Positions 1 through 8,408 of a DNA stretch of 19,692 bases are shown here, piece after piece. The translations under genes and the position numbers were made by a program. The stretch covers positions 1-19,692 of the forward strand of contig JAYUVP010000309.1 of NCBI GenBank assembly GCA_043753995.1. The letters run 5' to 3'. Origin of the DNA: Fibrobacterota bacterium. GTDB taxonomy: Bacteria; Fibrobacterota; Fibrobacteria; UBA11236. The stretch's first letter is position 1; every line of letters starts with the position of its first letter. The notes under the pieces were generated by a model. The model made no database searches. It saw nothing but the letters and a program-made list of their open reading frames with translations, and was not told the DNA's origin.

Positions 1-29
1 CCTACCCCCACCGCCCCAAGGGGCACCAC

Positions 30-449
30 TTACTCGTACTTGAATTTTTCACTTGGAATATCGGACAAATATTCGATGAGCTCCCATTCAATATTAAAGT
101 TATCGAAGAAATACAACCTTTTGCGATACTGCTCTTTGGGTGTTTCAATGCTTCGCTTATAACCCGCTTTCACTAAATTCGCTTCGATTTCACTGATATT
201 ATTAACAACTAGCGCAATGTGGTTTACGCCAAAATTTTTATACGCCACCCGAGGGTATTCTGGCTTTGCGCCCAAATGCGCCTCTTGCAAAGCAAAGTAA
301 AACTCATCATTACCAATATGAACCCAACGATAACTGCCTTCAGGCTTCGCGTCCTTTCTCACCTTAAAATCTGGCGCAACGATTAAAATGAATTTTATGG
401 CTTCATCGATATCGGGAACCGTCAAATTTGCATGTTCAATTCGTGTCAT
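30..449 (-). CDS. VOC (glyoxalase/bleomycin resistance/dioxygenase) family protein
   Basis: 139 aa. N-terminal 'IEHANLTVPDIDEAIKF', mid 'GVNHIALVV' and C-terminal 'LYFFDNFNIEWELIE' match the paired VOC modules with His/Glu metal ligands. GGAG RBS upstream of ATG. Visibly AT-richer than its neighbours. Confidence 0.88.
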   Translation of the reverse strand: MTRIEHANLTVPDIDEAIKFILIVAPDFKVRKDAKPEGSYRWVHIGNDEFYFALQEAHLGAKPEYPRVAYKNFGVNHIALVVNNISEIEANLVKAGYKRSIETPKEQYRKRLYFFDNFNIEWELIEYLSDIPSEKFKYE

Positions 450-535
450 TTAAAAACTCCGCGCGGGATAACTTTGATGAATAACTTAGAAAGTGCGATT
501 TATTCTGAAGCCTGAAGAATGCAGTACCTCCGAAG

Positions 536-2119
536 TTAACTCAACTCCCCGCCCAACCACCTTAGCCAGTCACTGCGACCATCGAATACCGGCGGCTTAG
601 CGCCTCCCAGCGATTGACCCATTTCTCCCAACTTATTCAGCGCACGCGCACCTGCGCCTGTCGGAACCAAGGCCACTTTCACCGGGCGGAGCTGTCCCAA
701 ATTCCGGGCCCAAGCATAATGCGGGTTTTCGCATAAGCCTTGCTCCAAGCGTTGCGCCGCCGCTTCGCCTTTGATTTGCGATTGGTCGAGCAAGAGCCGA
801 TATCCCTTGCCGTCCTGAGCTGGTATCAGCATGCGCCAGGCGGTGGCAGGCAAAAGATCATGGAGTTTATCCAGGCATTGCATGACATGGATCTCATTCA
901 GCTTTTCGCCGCATAAATCGACTATGCCTCCTCGTCGGCCGAGAAAGCGAATGGAAGGCGTCGCCTCCACTCTACTTTGTACCTCGACCATGTCGCCGGT
1001 TCGCAATCGCCATAAGCCGCCCGAGGTGGTGAGCACGACTTCATAGCTAGACCCGATTTCCAGCTGATGGGCACCGAGTACATCGCCGCTCTCGGTAAGA
1101 AATTCCAGGAAGTGGGAGGTAACAGCCAGGGGACGGTGGCCTTTCCAAGGCAAACTGATAATGCCTTCGGTGGCCACCAAGCCCTTGGGTATGAGCTTGA
1201 CTCCCGGTAGCCGAGAAATCAAGGCCTGGGCCGGGCCCGCCGAAGCGGCATCGCTCCAGGCGCTGAGGACTTTGAGTTGGGGCCATAGCGCTTGGGGTCG
1301 AGGTCCGGAATTGCGCAAAGCCCGGGCGCGCTTCGCATCCCCTCGGCGCAGGGGTAGCGGTCCTGTTTCCTGGCCTTCGGAAAGCGAATGCAAAAGCGAG
1401 TCCCATTGCTCTTCCAAGTGATCGAGCAGGAGTTCGAAAAAAGAGGGGTGCCAAATCGAGACGAATCTTAAATCGGGTCGGCGCAACAAATATGAAAGCG
1501 TGCGCTGTCGAAAATCAAAAGTGGTTTTTTCGGTGGCGACGCTTGGGGGTACGGCCTGCATGCGGGAAATCAGCGCGGCCATGGGACCGAAATAGACCGT
1601 ATCGTCTTCAAACCCCACCGGAAAGCCGGAAAGAATGTTTTGCGCAAAGGTACTGGGCGGGCTTATGGACCAATAGCTGCACCCATTGGCGAGATCGGGC
1701 TCGTCTTGCAAAAGTCCGGTCAGCCACGGCTGCAAGGCCGCCTGAAATTCGGCCAAGAGGGCCCGGCCGGTGGGCACTAGCTTACAGGCTTGGGTCGATC
1801 CCGAGGTGGGGATTAGCCGAAGCACGGGGTCGCGGGTTAAAATGCCTTGCTGGCCCGCTTCGACTCGATTTCTCCAGGGCGAAAGTTCGTCCCAGTTGCG
1901 CAAGGGCAACTTGTCTTTGAATTCTGACAAGGATGTGACCGAAGTCAAATCATGATCCTTGGAAAACACCGAGCCTTCGGCGAGGCGCAAAACCTGATGC
2001 AGCCTTTCCCTTTGCGCGGCCTCGGGATACTTCAGGGCTTGCCTGAAGCGACGCGTTCCGCTTCGAGCCGTCCATTTCCAAAGTCCGTGGGCGACCCTAG
2101 AGCCGATTTCAAAACTCAT
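536..2119 (-). CDS. GH3 family acyl-adenylate/amido synthetase (GH3 auxin-responsive promoter family)
   Basis: GH3 motifs: P-loop 'PTSGSTQACKLVP', 'GLVATEG', 'YEVVLTTSGGLWRLRTGDMV' and 'FLGRRGGIVDLCGEKL'. Start placed at ATG 2119; the ORF track uses TTG 2137. Confidence 0.88.
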   Translation of the reverse strand: MSFEIGSRVAHGLWKWTARSGTRRFRQALKYPEAAQRERLHQVLRLAEGSVFSKDHDLTSVTSLSEFKDKLPLRNWDELSPWRNRVEAGQQGILTRDPVLRLIPTSGSTQACKLVPTGRALLAEFQAALQPWLTGLLQDEPDLANGCSYWSISPPSTFAQNILSGFPVGFEDDTVYFGPMAALISRMQAVPPSVATEKTTFDFRQRTLSYLLRRPDLRFVSIWHPSFFELLLDHLEEQWDSLLHSLSEGQETGPLPLRRGDAKRARALRNSGPRPQALWPQLKVLSAWSDAASAGPAQALISRLPGVKLIPKGLVATEGIISLPWKGHRPLAVTSHFLEFLTESGDVLGAHQLEIGSSYEVVLTTSGGLWRLRTGDMVEVQSRVEATPSIRFLGRRGGIVDLCGEKLNEIHVMQCLDKLHDLLPATAWRMLIPAQDGKGYRLLLDQSQIKGEAAAQRLEQGLCENPHYAWARNLGQLRPVKVALVPTGAGARALNKLGEMGQSLGGAKPPVFDGRSDWLRWLGGELS

Positions 2120-2162
2120 TTGTCGCACCAAGCCCAAGCGAGAACTAGACTGGCTCTATCAG

Positions 2163-2879
2163 TCATGGTTGGCTATTCAAATAGCCCGACAAGTAGCGCC
2201 AACCCGCGCGGGTGAGATTTGCCGGATCGATTTGCACCAGGCTGGGCAATTCGTCTCCTTGCCGCCATTGCGGGTTTTGCGCTTCATACCAGCGAAGGTC
2301 GGAATGATTCGATCGTGTGGCAGGCAAGGTGTCGAGCGGAGGTCGCAATTTCTGGGGATGCGGTAAGCGGATCAAGCCCGTGCTTTGATCCAGGCCATTC
2401 GGCCATCTTTGCTCGCAAAGGTTATGCATCCAGAGTTTCACGTTTTCGTCGGCGGTGCCCTGGGGATGTGGAATAAAAGATTTGAAAAAAGTGGGCAAGA
2501 CTCCCCAGGTGCGCGGGCCCGAGGTGATGAGCAACCACCAAAAACTTTGTCTTTGTGATTTTCTATGCATGTCCCAGGCGGATTGAATAAGGGTGCGGCC
2601 CAGGGCCGAACTGCCCCAATGCTTGGGATCAATGATGGTATCGCCCGAGCAAAGCACGGAGGCGCTACGGCCCTGCCAATCGAGTTCGGGTCTGAGGGTG
2701 AAGGTGGAAAACCCTGCCAGGGCATCGTCCTGAAAAAGCAAGACCACCCGATCTTTACCTTGCAAATCAAGGTGGAAAACATCACGGCTTACATTGAGAA
2801 AGCAAAGTTGTAATAAGGCGAACATTGGATCACGATGAGCATCCCCGAGTTCGGACGGAGCGAGGCAAATGCCTTTCAT
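2163..2879 (-). CDS. GNAT-fold-like protein (putative acyltransferase), function unknown
   Basis: 'LAGFSTF...VLCSGDTIIDPKHWGSSAL...WWLLITSGPRTW' resembles the GNAT beta3/beta4-motif A arrangement. ATG at 2879 overlaps the upstream stop as ATGA, so it is preferred to TTG 2903. Confidence 0.62.
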   Translation of the reverse strand: MKGICLAPSELGDAHRDPMFALLQLCFLNVSRDVFHLDLQGKDRVVLLFQDDALAGFSTFTLRPELDWQGRSASVLCSGDTIIDPKHWGSSALGRTLIQSAWDMHRKSQRQSFWWLLITSGPRTWGVLPTFFKSFIPHPQGTADENVKLWMHNLCEQRWPNGLDQSTGLIRLPHPQKLRPPLDTLPATRSNHSDLRWYEAQNPQWRQGDELPSLVQIDPANLTRAGWRYLSGYLNSQP

Positions 2880-3781
2880 AGCCGCGAAACCTCGGGCCGG
2901 CAATCGATCAATTGCGGTGGAGCGAGGTCGGGATCATGCACGGCATAAACCAAGCTGCGCGTCACCCAAGCGCGTAAATGGTTTTTGAGCCACGCGGCGT
3001 CGGGATGCTCGGAGGGTACGCCCCAATGCACCAAGTCGGCACCTAAGGCCGCAGCGGCGGTGCGAATTTCACCGATGAATGCATTGAGCGCCTCGCGATC
3101 GCGGGCCTTCCATTCCGCGTCCACGACAAAGGCCTCGCGCAATTCGGATCCCGGCGCGGGCAATTGGGGGCGACCCATGAGCTTGAATATGGGATTTATA
3201 CCCTGTCGCAATAGGCCCAGCTTCGGGGCATAGCTGGCCACCAAAGTTTTTCTTCCTTCAAGGCATTCCACCAAGCAGGCGCAGTTAGCGGCCGAGACGC
3301 TCATCTTGGTCGCTAGATTGGGTCTCGATTTTTTCACCCCCGCTTTAAAGCTATAGGTTAACATTCGAGCTACGGGGGTATAGCGCGGCATGCCGGAAAG
3401 CCCAGCTTCCAAAAGACGGCGGGCGGCATGGTTGTCTTCCAGGATCGCCGTCAATTGCCAGGGCGGATCCCCTTCCGCAGGAATCGAACGCAGTAGGCGA
3501 TACATTTCCATGACGCTACGCCTCGGCAATAAATGGCAGGCCGATCTTAAACCGGTCAGCACGCCCACCCAATGCACTTGCGAATTCCAACGATGGCGAG
3601 CGCGCGTGCGCACGCCCATGCCCATCAATTGATCGCCGCGCATGGCAATGACAGCGAGATCGGTAGGCCGCAGGGACTGAATCAGGGAAAGGCGAATCGC
3701 GCCTTGCATGGGCTTGGCCTGCAAATGTCGAATCGCCTCCATATCGTTAGGCTGCGCGAAGCGAATTTCCCAGGCGCTCAC
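2876..3781 (-). CDS. GNAT-like N-acyltransferase domain protein
   Basis: N-terminal 'WEIRFAQPNDMEAIRHL', then 'GDQLMGMG', 'VGVLTGLR' and 'TAILEDNHAARRLLE' (GNAT motif B-like N-x-x-A). GTG start overlaps the upstream stop (GTGA) and has a GGAGG RBS. Confidence 0.65.
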   Translation of the reverse strand: MSAWEIRFAQPNDMEAIRHLQAKPMQGAIRLSLIQSLRPTDLAVIAMRGDQLMGMGVRTRARHRWNSQVHWVGVLTGLRSACHLLPRRSVMEMYRLLRSIPAEGDPPWQLTAILEDNHAARRLLEAGLSGMPRYTPVARMLTYSFKAGVKKSRPNLATKMSVSAANCACLVECLEGRKTLVASYAPKLGLLRQGINPIFKLMGRPQLPAPGSELREAFVVDAEWKARDREALNAFIGEIRTAAAALGADLVHWGVPSEHPDAAWLKNHLRAWVTRSLVYAVHDPDLAPPQLIDCRPEVSRL

Positions 3782-5139
3782 CTATCCACCTCCAAGTATT
3801 CCCCTCGCCAATCCTCTCGCCCCAGGGGAAGCCCGCTGCGCCGGTCGATGTCGAAATGATGCAAAGCATTGATGCCCAGGTATTGCCCCATCATCCAGGC
3901 TTGTTGACGCAAGGCGGGATTATTCGCCAGCCTGCGAATAATGGAAGACCAGGAATAAAAGGATTGCCGCGCCTGGAGGCAAAGTTTTTCCAATTCAACG
4001 GGCGACATATTGGCCGGTTGAAAAGGAAGTTGATTGTATCGATAGTTCGGATCCAACCACCAGGCTTCGTGGAAGAGGCGCCCTTCGCGCTTGAGGCGAT
4101 CGAAGAGCGGTGTGCCGGGAAAGGGCGTGATATGATTGAATGCCGCAATGAAAAGCCCCGAAGATTTTGCGAACTCAAGGCTGGTAGCAAAGGTTTCGAC
4201 GGTGTCGCCGTCATAACCGAAAATGAAGGTGCCGTAAACACGCAAGCCATGTTTTCGGAATTGCGCCAAGGCCGCGCGAGGCCCGCCCTTGGCGAGGTTA
4301 AAGCCTTTATTCATGCCTTTGAGGCTGGTTTCGGAAAGGCTTTCGAAGCCCACTAAGACGCCTTGGCAACCGCTTTCGCGCATGAGGCGAAGCAATTCGT
4401 CATCCCAGGCCGCATCGATGGCGGTTTGGGTCACCCAGCGCAGCTTGTGAGGGATGAGGGCGCGCATCAATTCTTTGGCGGCCTCGGGATTCGAACACAA
4501 ATTATCGTCGATGAAAAAAACCAGCCTGTCCTTGTGCCGCGTTTTCAACACTTCGTCGACCACGTCTCCGATGGGACGATGATCATGGCCTTTGTGAAAG
4601 GATTGTATGGCACAAAAATCACAGCGAAACTTGCAGCCTCGGGAAAACTCGACCAAGGTCATCGGCATATAGCGCTTGCCTTCTAAAATGCTGCGATCGG
4701 TGCGCACTTTCGACAAGTCATAATGCCCCTGCCAGCGATAGCGTCTTTTCAGAGTGCGGGCACGAATATCATCGAGAATTTCTGGGATCAGAGGTTCGGC
4801 TTGGCCAATCACAATGGCATCGGCATAGCGCGCCACTTCGTCGGCGCAAAGCGTGGCATGATAGCCGCCCATGATGACGGGAATCTTTCGGCGGCGGTAT
4901 TCCGAGGCGATTTGCCAGGCACGCCTCGCGGTATAGGTTTCCACGGAAAGAAAAACGGCGTCGGTGGGTGCATCGAAATCGATGTCTTCGAGGCGATCGT
5001 CGTAAAAGCTTCGCTTCACATCGGCGGGCAATAGGGCCGCCAAGGTGGCGACTGGAAGCGGCTGCAAACTCCAAGTGGGGAAATATTTTTTCTGCCCGAT
5101 GCGTCGCCCCACGCAGGGATGAACGAGAGTGATATGCAT
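3778..5139 (-). CDS. Cobalamin (B12)-binding domain radical SAM enzyme (second of tandem pair)
   Basis: CxxxCxxC in 'SRGCKFRCDFC'. N-terminal Rossmann B12 domain ('PLPVATLAA', 'VIMGGYHAT', 'DAIVIGQAE'). Also 'FFIDDN', 'LVGFES' and 'TPFPGTPLF'. Confidence 0.93.
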   Translation of the reverse strand: MHITLVHPCVGRRIGQKKYFPTWSLQPLPVATLAALLPADVKRSFYDDRLEDIDFDAPTDAVFLSVETYTARRAWQIASEYRRRKIPVIMGGYHATLCADEVARYADAIVIGQAEPLIPEILDDIRARTLKRRYRWQGHYDLSKVRTDRSILEGKRYMPMTLVEFSRGCKFRCDFCAIQSFHKGHDHRPIGDVVDEVLKTRHKDRLVFFIDDNLCSNPEAAKELMRALIPHKLRWVTQTAIDAAWDDELLRLMRESGCQGVLVGFESLSETSLKGMNKGFNLAKGGPRAALAQFRKHGLRVYGTFIFGYDGDTVETFATSLEFAKSSGLFIAAFNHITPFPGTPLFDRLKREGRLFHEAWWLDPNYRYNQLPFQPANMSPVELEKLCLQARQSFYSWSSIIRRLANNPALRQQAWMMGQYLGINALHHFDIDRRSGLPLGREDWRGEYLEVDR

Positions 5140-6477
5140 TTAAATCATGCCTGAATCGCAAGTGTAAAAGCGGCTTAAGTTTTTTGCGTAAAAACGATAT
5201 CCGAAATTGGTGAGCAAGGCCACATGCCAAGGCGCGGCGGTATGCCTCAAGCGCGTCGCCATGGAGCTCCAGGAATAAGCGAGTCTCCAGGCTTCTCCCG
5301 TGCCGGTTTGCAATTCTTGCACCGTCATTTTGGCGGGCTGAAAAACCACATGCTGAGCGTCATAGAGATTCCAGTCCCGGGTCAAAATGCGGCCTTCCGA
5401 TTCCAGCCGACGAAACAGCGAGGTGCCCGGAAAAGGCGTCGAAATCGCGAAGCGGGGCAAATCGATTTTCGCCTCGATGGCGAATCGCGCGGTCTTTTCG
5501 AAAACCGTGATGTCGTCATGATCATTGCCGAAGACAAAGCATCCCTGCAAGGCGATCTTTCTTTCGTGAAGCTTTTCGACGACACGAGCATAATCTTCGG
5601 GCCGATTGAAGCCCTTGCGCGTGGTTTTGAGCGCTTCCTCGGAAATGCTTTCCAAGCCCATCAAAAGCCCACGACAGCCGGATTCGGCGGCGAGATCGAG
5701 CAAGGGCAAATCATTGCAAAGCAAGGTGGTGGAGAGTCCATACCACTGGATTCGCAAGGGGATTAAGGCGGTGAAAAGCGATCGTGCCCAGGCCTTGTCG
5801 GCAATCAAGTTGAGATCGATGAAAAGCGCCTTGCGCGTTTTCATGCGGCGCATGTCTTCAACGATTTCTTCGGGAGGCTTGAGAAAAGGCTTACGTCCCC
5901 ATGCGCTCGGCACCACGCAAAACTCGCAATCGTGTATGCAACCACGCGAAGCTTCGTAGACATGCTCGGTCAAGTATTTCCATTTGGGTAAAACCGAACG
6001 CTTCGGCAGGGGCTGGCCGCCGATTTCGAGATTGGGAATTTGATCGTAGCGCGGGGCCATTTTCCCTTGAGCGAAATCACGCAATAGACGCGGCCAAGAT
6101 TCCTCGGCATAGCCCACCACAATGGCATCGGCATGGGGCGCCGCGTCTTCGGGTATGAGCGTCACATGCGGTCCGCCCAGCACGATTTTTTTTCCTTGCC
6201 GGCGAAAGCGGGCGGCCAGTTCATAGGTGCGCGCCGCATTGCCTGTGATCACCGTCATGCCAATGAGATCCGCGGACAATTGCTCGGGCACATCTTGTAT
6301 GCCTTCGTCCCAGCACTCGAAGCGAATACCCAATTCCTTGGGAGCCAAGGCCACCAGAGTCGGCAAGGTCAATGGCTTATAGCGCAAGCCTTTGCCGAAT
6401 ATGCCGCCGCGATGCCTATAGAGCGGGCCTTTGGGGCTGACCAGGGCCACTTGAAAACCGACTTGAGGAGACGTCAC
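5140..6477 (-). CDS. Cobalamin (B12)-binding domain radical SAM enzyme (first of tandem pair)
   Basis: CxxxCxxC in 'SRGCIHDCEFC'. B12-domain motifs 'PLTLPTLVAL', 'IVLGGPHVT', 'DAIVVGYAE'. Also 'LMGLES' and 'TPFPGTSLF'. Its stop abuts the next ATG (TAA-ATG). Confidence 0.93.
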   Translation of the reverse strand: MTSPQVGFQVALVSPKGPLYRHRGGIFGKGLRYKPLTLPTLVALAPKELGIRFECWDEGIQDVPEQLSADLIGMTVITGNAARTYELAARFRRQGKKIVLGGPHVTLIPEDAAPHADAIVVGYAEESWPRLLRDFAQGKMAPRYDQIPNLEIGGQPLPKRSVLPKWKYLTEHVYEASRGCIHDCEFCVVPSAWGRKPFLKPPEEIVEDMRRMKTRKALFIDLNLIADKAWARSLFTALIPLRIQWYGLSTTLLCNDLPLLDLAAESGCRGLLMGLESISEEALKTTRKGFNRPEDYARVVEKLHERKIALQGCFVFGNDHDDITVFEKTARFAIEAKIDLPRFAISTPFPGTSLFRRLESEGRILTRDWNLYDAQHVVFQPAKMTVQELQTGTGEAWRLAYSWSSMATRLRHTAAPWHVALLTNFGYRFYAKNLSRFYTCDSGMI

Positions 6478-6495
6478 GATAGGCCGATCTTTTTT

Positions 6496-7389
6496 TCAAC
6501 GAATAGGTTGCGGGGGCGCATAAACATTGGGCCTTGGGCCTTTCCAAAGCGACAAGTATTGCCGCCAATAAGGGATGGGCGCCGAGGTGCTCGCGGCGAA
6601 TTTGGGAAGATGGCGCCAGGGGGTTTCGGGATGCATATGATGCACTTGATCCCATTCGCCGCGCAGGAGTAGCCAGCTCATCAGTGGGCTCACTTTCAAA
6701 TTCCAAGCCCCGGTCATCACATCACGTGGTGAAAAAGCATGGGTCACGTATTGCCGTGTCGACCAATTGAACCAGCAACAGGCATAGACGATTAAAACAG
6801 GCAGCCATCGCAGGGAGAAAACCTTCCAGGCGACAAACCAATAGAGAATTCCGAAGAGGACTTCGGTGCGGATCTTGCGAATATCCTCGGCTTGAAACTG
6901 ATTGTCGGCGAATAAAATGGAGGAGGATTTGGCATGGGCAAAGGGTCGTGCTTGGAAAAACCAAGGCGCAAAAGCCATCAAGAAGGAGCCCATCGGAATA
7001 ATCGGCGGATAAATGCCGGTCAATATGCTATACCACTGAGCTCGCTTAATGAGCAGGTTGTCGCTGGGATAGTAATAGTCGAACATTTCATGATCGGTGC
7101 GATTGCTGTTGTGATGGACTTTGTGAACGATGGTGAGAAAGGTATGAGAAACGGGAAACAGAAGGCCACTTAAGGTCCCGAAAAAACGATTTGCCCACGA
7201 GGTAGCATGTAGGCTACCGTGGGCGGCTTCATGCATCAGAGCATAGTTGGTCAAATACCCGAAGGAAACAACCATACCGATGGGAATGGCCCAGACCCAG
7301 CCCAGCTGCGAAGCGAGGGCCAAGGACGCTAGCATGGCGCCTTGAAGAGCCAAGACCAGAATCACATTGAGGCGATTGGGTATGCTCAT
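6496..7389 (-). CDS. Membrane-bound fatty acid desaturase family protein
   Basis: His boxes HEAAH and HKVHH, 'YVTHA', and a variant third box DQVHH(MHP). Several hydrophobic transmembrane segments. Confidence 0.88.
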   Translation of the reverse strand: MSIPNRLNVILVLALQGAMLASLALASQLGWVWAIPIGMVVSFGYLTNYALMHEAAHGSLHATSWANRFFGTLSGLLFPVSHTFLTIVHKVHHNSNRTDHEMFDYYYPSDNLLIKRAQWYSILTGIYPPIIPMGSFLMAFAPWFFQARPFAHAKSSSILFADNQFQAEDIRKIRTEVLFGILYWFVAWKVFSLRWLPVLIVYACCWFNWSTRQYVTHAFSPRDVMTGAWNLKVSPLMSWLLLRGEWDQVHHMHPETPWRHLPKFAASTSAPIPYWRQYLSLWKGPRPNVYAPPQPIR

Positions 7390-7430
7390 GGCTTACGCCT
7401 TTCCTATTTGCACGACATCTCCCATCCTTA

Positions 7431-8408
7431 TTATGAATCCTTCTTTTGACGCGCGGGTAAGGCCGAAATGTAATGGCAGAGTTGATAAAGCAAGGCGCTC
7501 AAATTCGGCGAGCGGGCAAAGTGATCGCATCCCCAGACGGGATAAACATGCCCGGGATAATTCACGGCATCGAGCAGGCTTATGGTTCCGTCGGTGGGGC
7601 CATGCTTGGATAAAGCGAGGAAGCGGTGGGCCAGCACGGGCTGGGCATGGGACAATAGGGGAAAGCCCAATAGGTGAATGAGGTGCAAGTTTTTTGCAAA
7701 ATGAGGCTTTTGCCGCCAAAAGCCATGCTTGGGCGACAATTCCAAAATCAACTGATAATCCACGCTGCCCAGACGACAAATCAGGCGAAGAAAAATCCGC
7801 TTCCAAAGGGTATTGGTGCGATGCTCCGCCAATATCGAGCCTGAAAAGATGCCTGAGAAATTCACCCACCCCTGGAGAGAATCGGGCCAGGACTCCAGCG
7901 ACAATTCCTGCAAAGCCGCGCGTACTTCCGCCGAGCCCTTGCTTAGGGAAACGAGCCAGACCTTTTCATGCTTTTCTTCGCGCAAGGCTGTTTTGATGAT
8001 TTCCTTATTCGTTGAAATCGAGCCGCGCCCCTGAGTTCGAATCATGCTCACTTCGTATCCATTGTTCTCGAATATGGTCCGTATCAACTGACCATCGGAA
8101 CCGACTTCGGGGTATTCGGAATAAAACATGCCGGGTAGGATCAAGACCTTGATCTTTTTGCTTTCCGGGCTTGCTTGCTGAGGCATGGCGTCGAGGGCGC
8201 GAATGAAATCACCATGCCGTGATTGTTGCAAATGGTGATACAAGATGCATGTTGCCAAATCCGTATTTTTGCCAGTCAGCGCTTTCAAGGTTTCTTCAAT
8301 GGATGATTTGCTTTCGGTAAGGGCCAGCTTAGCGGCTTGATGCAGAGCGACCTCGTCTATGGGAGGCCCGGGAAATCTTTTGGACTTGAGCAAGAAATCA
8401 AACTTCAT
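7431..8408 (-). CDS. Alpha/beta-hydrolase fold protein (putative lipase/acyltransferase)
   Basis: Oxyanion-region 'LILPGM', nucleophile elbow 'LVSLSKG', acid 'PTDG' and His 'CDHF'. ATG at 8408 overlaps the 3' end of the Rieske gene; the ORF track starts at TTG 8420. Confidence 0.75.
   Translation of the reverse strand: MKFDFLLKSKRFPGPPIDEVALHQAAKLALTESKSSIEETLKALTGKNTDLATCILYHHLQQSRHGDFIRALDAMPQQASPESKKIKVLILPGMFYSEYPEVGSDGQLIRTIFENNGYEVSMIRTQGRGSISTNKEIIKTALREEKHEKVWLVSLSKGSAEVRAALQELSLESWPDSLQGWVNFSGIFSGSILAEHRTNTLWKRIFLRLICRLGSVDYQLILELSPKHGFWRQKPHFAKNLHLIHLLGFPLLSHAQPVLAHRFLALSKHGPTDGTISLLDAVNYPGHVYPVWGCDHFARSPNLSALLYQLCHYISALPARQKKDS

Noticed and set aside
7393..7869. 158-aa minus-strand ORF overlapping the hydrolase in another frame
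   Set aside because: Almost fully nested in the hydrolase, whose frame carries the catalytic Asp/His motifs. No domain features.
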